From: Octopus vulgaris | Lineage: Eukaryota | Assembly: GCA_951406725.2 (NCBI GenBank) | Contig: OX597819.1 | Location: 63,736,001-63,800,000 of the forward strand | Length of the DNA: 64,000 bases | Reading direction: 5' to 3' | Part shown: positions 1 to 16,329 of the stretch, in pieces | Layout of the letters: each line of letters starts with the position of its first letter | How positions within the stretch are numbered: the stretch's first letter is position 1 | The notes under the pieces: generated by a model | The model's input: only the letters and a program-made list of their open reading frames with translations | Told to the model about the DNA's origin: nothing | Database searches by the model: none | Made by a program: the position numbers and the translations under genes

Positions 1-62
1 ATGGCTTATAAACCCCTTCCACGCTGCAATTGTTTTCGTTCCAGCACACGATCTCAGATCAG

Positions 63-138
<76 letters not shown>

Positions 139-141
<3 letters not shown>

Positions 142-322
142 CATCGAAAACTACCTTAGGAATGAGAATCCAGGTTCGAAATTTCCCCAAGACACCTGAC
201 GAAGGCTGGAAGCTGTATCAGCTGAAATGTTGTGTTAACAACAAAAAAGATGGTGACAAACATCCGTCAAATGTAAATAATGTAAATAATGTACATAATT
301 TCTCATCTCATAAATATAGAAC
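139..322 (+). mobile_element. (AAT)n-associated repeat carrying a minimal hammerhead ribozyme (PLE pseudo-LTR-like)
   Basis: Follows the (AAT)n tract at 64-138 and contains an HHR fold. A diverged reverse-complement copy at 5031-5121 also abuts (TTA)n. Confidence 0.65.
192..235 (+). ncRNA. Minimal type I hammerhead ribozyme (slightly degenerate)
   Basis: ACAC-CTGACGA-A-GGCTGG..TCAGCT-GAAAT-GTT-GTGT: stem I ACAC/GTGT, CUGANGA core, stem II, GAAA, minimal stem III, GUU site. Confidence 0.7.
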
Positions 323-1496
323 AAAATTATCAACATTTGGGTCATGGTGCAAAGGGCACATCGCGTATACAACATGTATTTTAACAGGACGAGCATTGTG
401 AGCGTAGAAAGTTGCAGCTGAATGCCAGCCAGTTCTCCTGAGAAGAGACTATTATAGTAGTGATAGAATACGTGTCTTTAAGACGGAAGTTTGATTGTAG
501 CTGGTAAGCAATTAGTCAAAAGTCTTTTATTGAATGTGATCGAAAATAACTCTGTGATTATTAGCATCAGCTTCCAGAATGTTTTTGCTCTCTTCCACAT
601 CAAGCTCTGTAATGTCTTTTGTATTCGAAGAGGCAGGGTCGAGTAATTTGTGGTTTCAGAGAATGTCAAGTAGTATGATAGAGTATTTGCTATGTTAAAA
701 CTGAAATCACCTGGACTGATTTTCCGTAATTGTAGCAAAAATTATGCTTTTCTATGACCTCTTTGAAAAGATATTTTTGTAGCCTATATTCATGGATTCT
801 GTGCATATTTTGGTTGGGCACAGGAGGTTAAACTGGAGTGAATCATTGAATGAGTTGAATAGTAATGCGAGACCTGGTAGGCTGAGCAATGACGCTCGAT
901 ATTTATTATGTCTTTAAAGATGTAAAGAGTATTTTATTTACAAATTGCTTAATTCTTAAGCACAAACATCGTATGCAGCCACAACAGGCAGGATTTGAAA
1001 GAAACTACAACATATTTATACGAAATCAAAAAGAATTTCCGAAGCAATTAAATACATTCCAATCACAGCTGGCCTTTTGTTGTCCCTATAATAAATGTTA
1101 AACTTCACGCTCTTCCTGTGCCATTATCAGCACTGAATTCATTTCAATCACATATTGGAAAATTTTCGCAATGGCACAAAGTTAGATTTGTGATATCACA
1201 ATCACGATAATTTATTATATTTGGTGTATATTTGTATTTAAGTAAGACATAAGAGAACAATTCTGTTGGAAAAAAAAAACTAATTGAGTACCAGATTAAG
1301 TGTTTGCTGTAATTAGTTTACGCTAAATGGCCAAACCTCATCGGAGTTATCTTTGACATTTATAACTCCATTGTCGATATATTATGAACCATGCATCTAT
1401 TAGACTAACTGGTTTGCGACTCAATTCACTTCACATCTCAACTAAAATTCTGCGGTCATTGGCCAATATCAAACGTCGTATTAACAGTAGTGTCAA

Positions 1497-1705
1497 AGCG
1501 GTGAGCTAGAGGAATATTTCGCACACCGGACAAACTGCTTAGCGGCGTTTCACCCGCCTTTACGTTCTGAGTACAAATTTCGCCGAGATCGACTTATCTT
1601 TGCATCTTTTCGAGGGCGATTAAATAAGTAGCAGTTGAGCTTTGCCGTCGATGCATTCGACTAACTCAAGCTCCCATGATTGCTGGCTTTTTAACCAAAT
1701 TTGAA
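1497..1705 (+). mobile_element. tRNA-derived SINE with Meta-like central domain (degenerate)
   Basis: GCGGTGAGCTAG head, GTTCTGAGTACAAAT B-box-like motif, TTTGCATCTTTTCGAGGGCGATTAAATAAGTAGCAG body. Homologous to 3451-3670, 42650-42886 and 52503-52696. Confidence 0.7.
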
Positions 1706-2619
1706 ATCATTAAACATTATTATTATAGGATGTAAATGCGGAGGACCGGAAGAATAGTTGTGGAGTCGGAAAATAATGCTTTGCATTACTTTTTCCGGAT
1801 GTCGGCGTTCTGAGTTCAAATCACATTGAAATCAACTTTATATTCGTCCTTCCGGTGTCAGTGAAATAGCGTACCAGTTACGCAATGGGATTGTTATTTC
1901 CGACTTACTATCCTTAAAAAATTCTGTTTCTCTTGATTTAACAGAAACCATTAAACGAAGGTACAGGCTCTCAGTTAAATGGTAAGTACGCTTACTATCA
2001 ATCCTAATAATATTTGTAATTAAGTAAGATATAGGAGAACAATAATGTTGAAAAAAAAAATAAACAACAACGTACCCTATATACAATCGAATTTGCTACT
2101 AGAAATTGCAGTAAATCTCACTCAAATTACAGTGTATCGACTTTTAGTAGGAAGGTTGCACTGGATAAAATTGTCATGGAAACATGCAAAATATAGAAAA
2201 AAGATGGTAATTTCTTATGACGCTGGTAATTTCTAAACGAGAAATTTAACTTATTTCTAATCATTGTTTGAATGTGCAAACCTTTATATTTTAGCGGTGA
2301 TAACGTCGCAAAAAATGTCATGGATTGGTAACAATGCTTCATAGATATCTAAAACTCTAAGTAAATGCTTTAGAGTTTCACAGTACTCGCATATTTTAGG
2401 TAGCTTGTTTATGCTAACAAATTATATATACGGACAAATTAGCGTATGTACAAACATACATATATATACACATATATAAATGTATGTATGCCTTTGAGAA
2501 TAATTCCCTAAAGGTATGATAATGGTTGACTGAGATCTTTATCATTAACATATTGTCATATTCTTTTATTAGTCCTTCATTTTTACAAAAAAATTTTAAT
2601 ATTCCTAAATTTATCTTGT

Positions 2620-2906
2620 GGCGGCACATGACCTAGTGGTTAGAGCAGCGGACTCGCAGTCGAAGGATCGCGGGTTCGAATCTCAGACCGGGCGATGTGT
2701 CTGTTTATGAGCGAAACACCTAAGCTCAACTCGGCTCCGGCAGAAGGTCTCCTGACTCTTTCACCACAACTTTCTCTCACTCTTTCTTCCTGCATCATGC
2801 AGCTCGCCTGCGACGGACCGGCGTACCATCCAGGTGGGGAACCTATACGCCAATGAAACCTGGAAACCAGCCCTATGAATCAGGTATGGCTTGAGGAACA
2901 AACAAC
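2620..2906 (+). mobile_element. tRNA-derived SINE
   Basis: A box TGACCTAGTGG and B box GGTTCGAATCTC in a tRNA-like head, followed by a non-tRNA body and a CAAA-type tail. Confidence 0.8.
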
Positions 2907-3450
2907 AATTTTATCTTATCCTTACCGTGAGATGGAAAAAAAGAAACGCTAGGATCTGTTTTAGCGCGCTTTGCACTAATCGCAGAAATTCTGATGATTT
3001 TTGCTTCTTTTCACAATATAAAATTTGAAAAGATTATTCAGCTGTTAACGTCTGTGTTTCACTGGTTAATTTCGAAAATGTTTTATCTGTTCCCTTATTT
3101 CACGCCTAGCAAAGCCTCCATAAATACTTTCGCTCATATTGTGTAGAATTCTGTGCAGAAATTTAATATTGTCAAAAATTGCTTTTAATGCGATTGTTGC
3201 AGGGTGAATATGATTTAGTATCGTTGCGAACAACACTTTTTTTTTCAAATGTACGTTGACGCGTGTGATGAACATTTTATTTGTATAGCATAAGTAGCAA
3301 TTTCTTTCATGAAGTTTATAGCTCTCATGGCCGCATTACAATGTATGTATTACATCGCAAGTTTTATTGTACATCATGCGACGTGCTGGTTGTTACTTTC
3401 TGTTATAAGTATTTCTAATTTCTGATGATTTTTAATATATTATAGCAGTA

Positions 3451-3670
3451 AGGCGGTGAGCAGTGATATTGTTACCATGCCGGAAAAAAAAAGTGATTAC
3501 GGGCATTTCTTCTGACTTCCCGTTTACAGTTCAAATGTTGCCAAATATCGACTTTGCCTTTTTACCTTTAGTGATTGACAAAATAAGTACCAGTTGCGAA
3601 CTGGTATCGATGTAAGCGACTTATTCTCTTGCCCATAGTTATTGGCCTTTTGTGAAATTTTGAAGCCAAA
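3451..3670 (+). mobile_element. Meta-like SINE, degenerate
   Basis: AGGCGGTGAGC head, GTTCAAAT motif, CGACTTTGCCTTT...AAATAAGTACCAGTT body. Confidence 0.6.
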
Positions 3671-3715
3671 GTAATCTAACGAGAGTCTGGTTAGGCGTAA
3701 TTATATCTCTTTACA

Positions 3716-4265
<550 letters not shown>

Positions 4266-4826
4266 TTTTCATTATTCTTAAAGATGTATAATTATGTAAA
4301 ACCACCCTGTTAATTTGTTTCGTCTTTGTATTATGCGATATGAGCTGCATATGTATTTTTATCAGGCAGGAACCTTTTAAGGCAGTATTCCTGGATTTCC
4401 TTTTGTAATGTTCTACCTCGCGGTTTATTGCTCTATTGTGGTACATTTTGTTATCTCAGTAATTTAAAGTTAGCTGATTACTTCATGGGGATCCGCTACG
4501 CCACCTCGTTGCGAGTTCACAAATCAAAAGCTACGGATAGGATTATGATGTCACAGGAAGGAATCACAAGATGATTCCTTCAAACTAATCCAGGCGACGG
4601 GAGATCTGAGCGTAGACGAAGCTCGAGATGCTTGGATAATATGTGACTGTTGGGAACCCATTCGGAAACTGTAATGACGAATCTCCCATTGTAACCTAGG
4701 AAACAGTACTTGAAGATCCTACTTTGATGATCCTACCAGAAATAGTGTTTGGACAAAAAAAAAAATAATGATGATTCTTTAATTTTGGTGAAGGAGTTGC
4801 TTTTCACCGTAATGAGGCACTAAGTT

Positions 4827-4911
<85 letters not shown>

Positions 4912-4951
4912 CATCATCATCATCATCACCATAATTATTAGTATTATTAAG

Positions 4952-5023
4952 GTTACTGCATGGAATCAAATTCAGAATCTTGGGGTTTAGTAGCCCGTGC
5001 TCTTAACTACTACACCATATGCC
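4952..5023 (-). mobile_element. Short tRNA-like SINE head with (AAT)n tail; second copy at ~5222-5277
   Basis: Reverse complement GGCATATGGTGTAGTAGTTAAGAGCACGGGCTACTAA...TGAATTTGATTCC shows A- and B-box-like motifs, followed by (TAA)n. Confidence 0.55.
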
Positions 5024-5030
5024 TGTGGAC

Positions 5031-5121
5031 CAACATTTCGGTTGAAATCCTCTCCAGCCTCCATCAGGTGTCCTGGGTAATTTCGAAGCTGGGTTCTCAT
5101 TCCTAAGGTATTTTCCGATGT
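5031..5121 (-). mobile_element. Second copy of the (AAT)n-associated HHR repeat; HHR core mutated (CTGATGG)
   Basis: Reverse complement aligns by eye with 139-232. Confidence 0.65.
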
Positions 5122-5129
5122 TGTTGTTG

Positions 5130-5225
<96 letters not shown>

Positions 5226-5721
5226 TAATCGAACTCGGAACCTTGGTGTTAGCCCGCGCTCTTAACCAGTACACCATGTTTACAAGTTTCATGGAAGAGT
5301 TATAACATTGATTTTACACACATTTCTAAACAGCAATAATATTCATAAATCAACTGCTACATCAGTGTAATTAGTGAGCTTCTAAAATGGTTTGTGCATA
5401 ATATTATATTTATTTGGCATTGTTTTGTTGATAATTAATATAATTTTTGTCGTAAAAAATATCAAGCTGTTATTTACTATAGTCATTAAGATATAGTCGT
5501 CTGTACGTTTGCCAACGTTACTCTATATTTTCAAATTCTCTCTTTCATAAGACAGATTTAGATTCATATGACTATTACGAAGAAACAAAAATTCTATAGA
5601 TTGTGGTGCAACAAGAGCTTTCGAGTTCGTTGAGTAGTTTGCAAATAATACACTACACTTGTAAAATTTGGCATGGATATTCATATAGATTATTATTACT
5701 ATTACAATTATTATTATTATT

Positions 5722-7689
<1,968 letters not shown>

Positions 7690-8213
7690 CATTGAGTGAG
7701 AGAGCAGTGTATGCCATCGAAGTAACACTGGGCTAAAATATACGAAACCCAGTAAAACCATCATGACTTTCCGCCTGATAAGGGTACACTAGATACATGC
7801 ATCACAACCATATGTGCGCGACATGGTGATCTCATATCAAGATAAACAGCACATGATCTTGCAGGTGGGGCCCAGTTAGAAGGTCCCTGAATAAGGGTTG
7901 TTTAAGGATGTTGAACGAAATAACCATGTGTCCAGGGGTGAATTATTCAAACCTCAAAGAATCCCCTCTCAACACATGGCTATGATGCTCTCCCACCACT
8001 TCTGCCCGTGATCAGATATGCACATATCGTCAACCACTAAGGGACATGCTCAACTGGATAAGGTCAAACAACTGACAAGAAAATCTGTGGTATTCAGCAG
8101 AATATTTGCCGTAGCCCACCTTTATATACCAAGACAAAACGATATACATTATAACAATTCCACTCACTTAAGATCAGAAGCCACGAGAAGAACTGCCTGG
8201 TACTGTATCAGAA

Positions 8214-8214
<1 letters not shown>
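7690..8214. mobile_element. Unclassified ~520-bp interspersed repeat embedded in (TTA)n
   Basis: Bounded by (TTA)n on both sides. Its internal segment AAGGTCCCTGAATAAGGGTTGTTTAAG recurs at ~21509-21580, again beside (TTA)n. Confidence 0.6.
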
Positions 8215-8294
<80 letters not shown>

Positions 8295-8325
8295 CATTAT
8301 TATTATTATTATCATTCTTCTTCTT

Positions 8326-8388
<63 letters not shown>

Positions 8389-8672
8389 TCTCTTAAACAG
8401 CCATTTTGATTCCGAGAGCTTCCTGTGCACAGCAGAGCGCAGCAGTGTGTCTTGAAACATGCAACGTTGTTTTGCCTATTTTAATGTAACTTAATATTTA
8501 GTCTATTCTATTCAACCTGCATGTTTTCATGTTTTAATCTATTAAAATTGCACTACCTTGTATGATGTAGTAGTTGCGGTAGTAGAGATAGCAATAGTAG
8601 TAGTAGTAGTAGCAGAAGAAGAAGAAGAAGAAGAAAAAGAAGAAGAAGAAGAAGAAGAAGAAGAAGAAGAAG

Positions 8673-8703
<31 letters not shown>

Positions 8704-9367
8704 TGCAGTAGTAGAAGTGGCGGTGGTGGTGGAGATATATTTTGCATGTTGCATGTATAAATTCAACATGTGAATTTGTTCATGCATTTAGCAATGTCTG
8801 TTTTGATCATCTTCGATGTTTCTATATTTTATAGGTATTGCTTCTGTTTTCAATCTGTTCTCACGTTCAGATGAAATCTAATACCTGATCATATATTTGG
8901 ATAATTTCTCCATTTCCATTGATGCTTCATTGCAGATTATTAGCTTTGTGCTTTGATCATGTGGTTCATAATATCACATTGGTTTTCGTCAAAAATGTTC
9001 GGTTGCTTCATCTTGAGCTGTTTTCCCTGCCGAATGGCACGTACGAGACTTTGCCCACCCTTCCATTACCTGTGAAGCTTTCCATTGTCAATATGTCAGG
9101 ACTGCATTATTAATTAGCATAATTTATTGCATTCAACGCTTATGTGCGCTCTCTCATTTGAAGATGTCTTGGTCATCTTTAACAACATCTTTTGCAGTAT
9201 GTTCACAGCTTGTATATATTCGGCTTGTATATATTGTTATATTATACCTTCTCTATCAGTACTAGCTTATTGTAAATTCTGGAGGATAACTTTAATTCTG
9301 TGTGGTAAATCTGAGACGTAATATTCTCAGTAGTTGCTGTGACTACAGTTTTATATTTTAGTTTCCT

Positions 9368-9400
<33 letters not shown>

Positions 9401-9406
9401 CATATA

Positions 9407-9459
<53 letters not shown>

Positions 9460-10897
9460 CATTAACATATGATATGCATAACCCTGTCTTTGACATGATT
9501 ATGTATTCGTTTAAATGAATTTTGGAATGTTTGGTGATAATATTAATGCTTGCATCAATGAAATTAAATAAGTTTGTTTGTAAATATTTAGATTATTAGT
9601 GAAAAACCTCCTCGATACATTTCATGTCGAGAAACGACCATTATTGGAAGGAGCAAAATATTTTCAATGCTGTACAAAAACACTTTGCGCCAACCAAAAA
9701 AAAATTATAATTTATTCAACAGGCTCAGGCTTATATAATAGATATACCAACCACGAAATACGAAGCTTTATCATTGAAAGGTTCTGCGATGTTAAGCCAT
9801 AGCGTACTCATCAGAAATTTACGAATATCAACCGAATCTTGGCAATGCTTTGTAGTAATATCTAGGGATGAATGAAGATAAGCTGCATCATTCACCTAAC
9901 ATTAGAAATGTCGAAAGGAAAATATATCTGTATTTTCGGTTTGAAATATATTACGTTCAATTACAATAACAGAGGGAAATATTTCGAAGATAAAGAAATA
10001 AGAGAACAGGAACTAGAGTATGATTTATGTCGTAGTGAGAAAGACCAATGTTCAAACTTTGAAGGCAATAGTATATGTACATTAATAATAAGTATGAAGT
10101 AATCCAAAAATTGGATGCATGGTTCCATATATATTGTGAAGTTAGTGGAAAGCTTCATGAAGTTACATTAACAAATATTGGTTGCTTGATATCATCTCAA
10201 CGGCAGATACATGAATGTCAACAATGCACGTTAAATATTAGATATACGATTCAAAGTATTTATTTTCAATTTAATTTTCACTCTTCAGACAATTCGCACT
10301 ATATTACGTATCCCAAACAAGCACTTATACACCTACTTATAGTTCTTATCACAACAAGGTAACTGTATCAATAGAGGTTCGGAGATAATGCTTTGCATGT
10401 ATTTGTTGCATTTTCACCGGACTAACTCCAAATTTTAGCCCACCAAGCCGTTGAAAGCTTACAAGTGTTGAAGGCGATTGCATTTTGTTGTTCTCTTCTC
10501 TGTACAATACTTAAAATTATGTATGATTGATACATCTATATACGTATATGGGTGTATATAAATTTCTAATGTGTGCAATCCGTAACTACCAATATTTCGT
10601 AATTTCTAATTTGATATTAACACTGTTAGAATAGAAAGTGCAATATATTTATTTACATGATATCATACTCATAGATCTTTCAACATCATGTCAAAATATA
10701 TGCATAGTAATATTTTGCACAGGAACCTGCGGACTTTCACTATAACAATATACATGCACATCTTTACATACACACACACAAACGCATATGCTCCCACACT
10801 GCATATTGCATATGAAAATATTATTCACGTATTCCTAGAAACATGCATCGATATATACACGTATATATGTATAGAAACATATATACATACACCAGCA

Positions 10898-10983
<86 letters not shown>

Positions 10984-11004
10984 CTATGTACGTACGTATG
11001 TATG

Positions 11005-11086
<82 letters not shown>

Positions 11087-11789
11087 AGAAAGAGAATATG
11101 AGAGGGGAGAGAGGGAGAGAAAAAGATGTACATATGTATATATATGGATATGCATGTACGTATGTATACTTCCATATTCTCACACACACAAACACAAACA
11201 CATATTATATACATGAATGTATATGTGATGTGTGTTAGAAGTGTACGTGTGTGTTTGTGTGAATGTTTTTTCGTGTTTCATACATGAAGTTGCGAGAAAA
11301 TTAAATCATTAAAATTGTAATTGATTTTATGTCAGATGCATGATGTAATAATGTATAAACAAACCTTTTCTAGTATTGGACTTGTATTACATGATAATAA
11401 CAAGAAAATTAATACGGCGACCATCAAGAACCGGAATAGAAAATCATATGACAGCGGAAAATAAGAAGTGGTATAGAAACGGAACAAAAATAAATTACTC
11501 TAAACTAATAAAGTTAACGGTGAACATTATTATAGGAGAATATCAAAAAACGAAAGTAGATTTGTACGTAATTCATCGAATACATGGGAAACTGCCTGAA
11601 ACCCATTAATCAAATATATGAGATTCTCAGCGTGTACACACACACACAGACACAAATATATATATGTATGTATATATATATGTATATATGTATGAAATAT
11701 CTCCCTATCGCTAAATATATGTATATATATATATATGTGTAAATATATATGTGTATGGGTATATATATATATACATACATTCATACATG

Positions 11790-11829
<40 letters not shown>

Positions 11830-12303
11830 CATGCATACATACATACATACATACATACATACATACACACACACACATATATATATGTATATATATATAT
11901 GATTCATAGATGAGAATCAGATATTCTCTGTATAGAATACACCACGTAGTGTTCAAGAGGTTAAAATTTGAGCGGGTAGAGCAATAAATATAAACAGGTT
12001 AAGCTAGCTAGGCAGCTCAATATAGAAAGTATATTAGCTACACGAAATTCAAAAACATTATATGTTTACATACCAATAGCTCCGACGTATACAGAATAGA
12101 AATGATATCACGAATGAAAATGGTTGAAGAAAATATATATAATATGTAATACGTTTCTTCAACCAGTATAATTCTTGACATCATTTCTATTCTATGTAAG
12201 TCGGACATTTTGTATGTAAACAAGCATACGTATTTTTTGTATTACGTATAATTAATATACTTTGTATATTGACACTCTCAACTTGCCTGTCCTATCATAT
12301 ACT

Positions 12304-12371
<68 letters not shown>

Positions 12372-12392
12372 TATGAACATAGATGCGTGTAA

Positions 12393-12429
<37 letters not shown>

Positions 12430-12704
12430 AATAAAATAGAACATATGCATATATATAAACATATATGTACGTACCTACCTCTACATGTACATATACACGC
12501 ATATATGTGTACAGGACACCAAAAAGACGTCGAACACATAGAGAGACGAAAAACATAGACACAAACCAAGGAACAAGACAAGCAAAAAAAAAGAGATACA
12601 GGACAATAAGCACAACGAAAAATCCCCTTCTTCAGTCGCTAAGGTTTCATCTATTAAACGTTTCGAAGGATACACACATACATACATACATACATATATA
12701 TATA

Positions 12705-12785
<81 letters not shown>

Positions 12786-12854
12786 GTGTAATTTGTAGGT
12801 ATGTATATAATATTTAAAGCTATAACAAATAGCACATATTGTGTTACGAGGATG

Positions 12855-13110
12855 AGCGTTCCATTTGAGCAATGGAACACCTTTCTCGTGAAAATGACGT
12901 GCAGGTGGCTGACCACTCCACACAAACGCGTACCGTTAACGTAGCTCTCAGTGAGACTCAACGTGACGCAGTGTGTGACAAGGCTGGTCATTTGAATTAT
13001 GAGCAGACTGGAAAAAACAAGAAATAAAATGTCTTGATCAAGTCTCGCCGGGGATCGAACTGTTCATAAGCTCCTGAGCTTATGATCGCGAACCGAATAC
13101 CCGAACCACT
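12855..13110 (-). mobile_element. tRNA-derived SINE (third family), degenerate; related copy at ~53015-53304
   Basis: Both loci share CTCGTGAAA..ACGTGCA..GCTGA..ACTCCACA..CAGCGTGAC..AGTGTGACAA, and the minus strand has a tRNA-like head. Confidence 0.65.
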
Positions 13111-13168
13111 TATTACAGATACACAGACACACAACCATACACACAAAACACATATGTTTAATACATGC

Positions 13169-13199
<31 letters not shown>

Positions 13200-13644
13200 T
13201 TCTTTTACTCCTGTTCTTGTTTTAGTCATTTTGACTGTGTTATGCCGAAGTACCATATATTGGTCGAAGACATCGACCCCTGGACTTATTCTTTGCAAAC
13301 CTGGTACTTGTTCTATCGTACCTTATGCCGAACCGCTAAGTTACAAGGACGTAAACACGCCAACATCGCTTGTAAAGCTATGATGAATGGAAAAACAGGG
13401 ACACAAGCACACAAATATATACATACATACATAAATACATATGTATATGTATATGTATATATATATATGTATTCCAAGAAAGTTAGAGTTTGTGAATCCA
13501 ACCAACTAAGGGATAATATGTATCCAATATACTGCAGGTAGAATACACAAATATTAATGCACATGTGTTTTTTATTGCATTGCAATTACATTACCGAGTG
13601 TATTACATGGGTGTGGGTAATGAGATGTTTTACCATTAATTTAT

Positions 13645-13952
13645 AGAGCAATAATAAAATGGAGGGGATCAATAGGTGGTTCATCAACTTTTAGACATTT
13701 TATTATCTCAGTTTATTTATTTATTTACTAAAATGACAATAACAAGAATATAGATATATGTATAACATATGCTTTACATATAAAATATATAATATATATA
13801 ATATATAATATATAATATATAATTTTGTAAAACATATGTTATACATGTATGTATATTGTTGCAATTGTCATTTACTAGATAAATAAATAAATTGACATAA
13901 TATAATGTCTAAAAGTTAATGAACCACCTATTGATCTCCTCCATTTTATTAT

Positions 13953-13957
<5 letters not shown>
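13645..13957. repeat. Imperfect ~310-bp palindrome (arms ~140 bp) next to (TA)n
   Basis: AATAATAAAATGGAGGGGATCAATAGGTGGTTCATCAACTTTTAGACATT pairs with AATGTCTAAAAGTTAATGAACCACCTATTGATCTCCTCCATTTTATTATT. Confidence 0.85.
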
Positions 13958-14020
<63 letters not shown>

Positions 14021-14279
14021 TAAAGAATTCCAACCTTGTCTGATTTTCACGTTTTATTTCAATCTTATAATGATATATTATAAGATAATATATTATAATT
14101 GAGTAAAATAAAATGAAATAGTAGAATGTTAAATATTCATTCTGATTGAACTAGTACTTTCATGCATTGAATTCTGCAATCTTCGGTTCATGTAGTAGTG
14201 TTGACAGTCATGCTTCACAATTTTTGACTGTCTATATATTTTTGACTGTCTATATTTTTGACAATTTTTACTGTCTATA

Positions 14280-14343
<64 letters not shown>

Positions 14344-14789
14344 GCGGGTTTTCGTCTGATTTGCTAAAAGTATTATCTAGTTCCTGTCTGCTACTTGAAC
14401 AATTTTGTTCTTATTTTGTACTTCTTTCCTCTACATATAAGCCCCATACGACGCTTGAGAGACGAACTCAATGAGAGCACGCCTTTTGATGCCAGTCTGA
14501 TGAAGTGCTATTGCCATGTATCATGCCGCAAATATTACGTAGCCTTTAACATGGAATTTTTTGCTTGCAATGACTTTGTAAGATACTGCTATCACAGCAT
14601 TTGTAGCTTGTCATTAACTATGTGCTAAGCTCTCTCTTTGTCCTCATATTTTGATTATACACTTCGCATCTGAAATTTCCATTTTCTTTTTGCTTCAGCT
14701 CTGCATGATCTAAACAAGATACTGTATTGTATGCATTTGTATTATATATACATACATACATACATACATACATACATACATACATACAT

Positions 14790-14873
<84 letters not shown>

Positions 14874-15197
14874 CATAGCAGTGTACATTCATTTGTTGAA
14901 CATATTCCCATTACTGTGGCGTTATATTTTGAATTATGTTCCTTTAATTCAAAGCAACTATACATCGTCTTTCCATTTATCTCTGTTTGTAGATATAAAT
15001 TTACATATTGTTATATTTAAAATTATCATAACTACAAATTTAATACCAGGATAAAACCTCACTTGCATTATGCTTGACGGAGGTGTTTCGTAATTAATCT
15101 AAAGCTTTTAAAATATGGATTTTCCTATAGAGCAGCTGTGGCTTGCTTCGATGTATATATGTACATACATACATACATACATACATACATACATACA

Positions 15198-15231
<34 letters not shown>

Positions 15232-15488
15232 CATACGTATATACATACATACATATATACATGCATATATACAAGCATACATAATATATGCATACATGCA
15301 TTTACATATATACATACACACACACACATATATATATATATGATTATATATATATATGATTAAAAAAATATATATATATACAAATATATACATACATAGA
15401 CGCATACATTCATACACACACATATATATATATACATATATATATATATATGCCTACATTCATATATATACACATATATGAGAGTGCC

Positions 15489-15571
<83 letters not shown>

Positions 15572-15574
<3 letters not shown>

Positions 15575-15754
15575 GGTCCCGGGTTGATTCGGGGTTAACC
15601 ACAGTAAATAAGGTACTCAATACATAGCAGAGTAAAATTAATTTATTATATAGAAGGAGTTTACAGGACTAGAACTGTTTCATTCAAGAGAAATCTTCAG
15701 GAAGATTTCTCTTGAATGAAACAGTTCTAGTCCTGTAGAAGCTCCTTCTATATA

Positions 15755-15760
<6 letters not shown>
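15572..15760 (-). mobile_element. Solo head-to-head inverted pLTR fragment of the Naiad PLE family, in (TA)n
   Basis: Reverse complement of 15572-15704 matches 41739-41873 with few differences. 15701-15760 is a plus-strand inverted partial copy. Confidence 0.9.
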
Positions 15761-15805
<45 letters not shown>

Positions 15806-16329
15806 TGTTAATAAATTCAGTCACGTGTACATACATATTATATACAGAAATGCCTATGCACGTGTATGAATAATTGCGTTAGTGTGTATTTGTGTATATG
15901 CAATCTCTATAAAAATAGCACGGGTGATTGTCAATCATTTCCCGAATGCGAGTAATGATTTCTATCTCCTGATAAAAAGAGTGCAATTAACCGCAACCCA
16001 ATGTTCATTCCGAAGCATATCATAGGTTTAAAACCACAACAGCCGTGTTGTCCATTTCCTTAGTTCCCATTTATTCATATCAAAGTCCATAACTACGAAA
16101 TATCGGCCACATACCAAGAAACCAGAATAAGCTCTAAAGCTAATCTTGGTAATAAAAGAGTAAAAAGCTGTGTATGTACAATCATACAGATTTCATATAT
16201 GCATGCGTGTGTTTGTTTCCCTGTGTGCACGCAAATTTGCGCATATTACGTCGTGTATGTGTGTGGGCGCGCGCGCGTGTAATGCTATATTTATTTTCGG
16301 TTTAAAATCCACATAATGATCATACTGTT

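Noticed and set aside
430-870. Possible LINE remnants here and at ~18300-18420, ~50900-51350 and ~62300-62950
   Set aside because: Too degenerate to assign by eye; needs a translated search against repeat protein libraries.
2620-2692. tRNA gene
   Set aside because: A and B boxes are present, but it lacks a proper acceptor stem and runs into a SINE body.
4557-4581. Perfect 10-bp hairpin GAAGGAATCA-CAAGA-TGATTCCTTC
   Set aside because: Isolated, with no ribozyme core or other supporting context.
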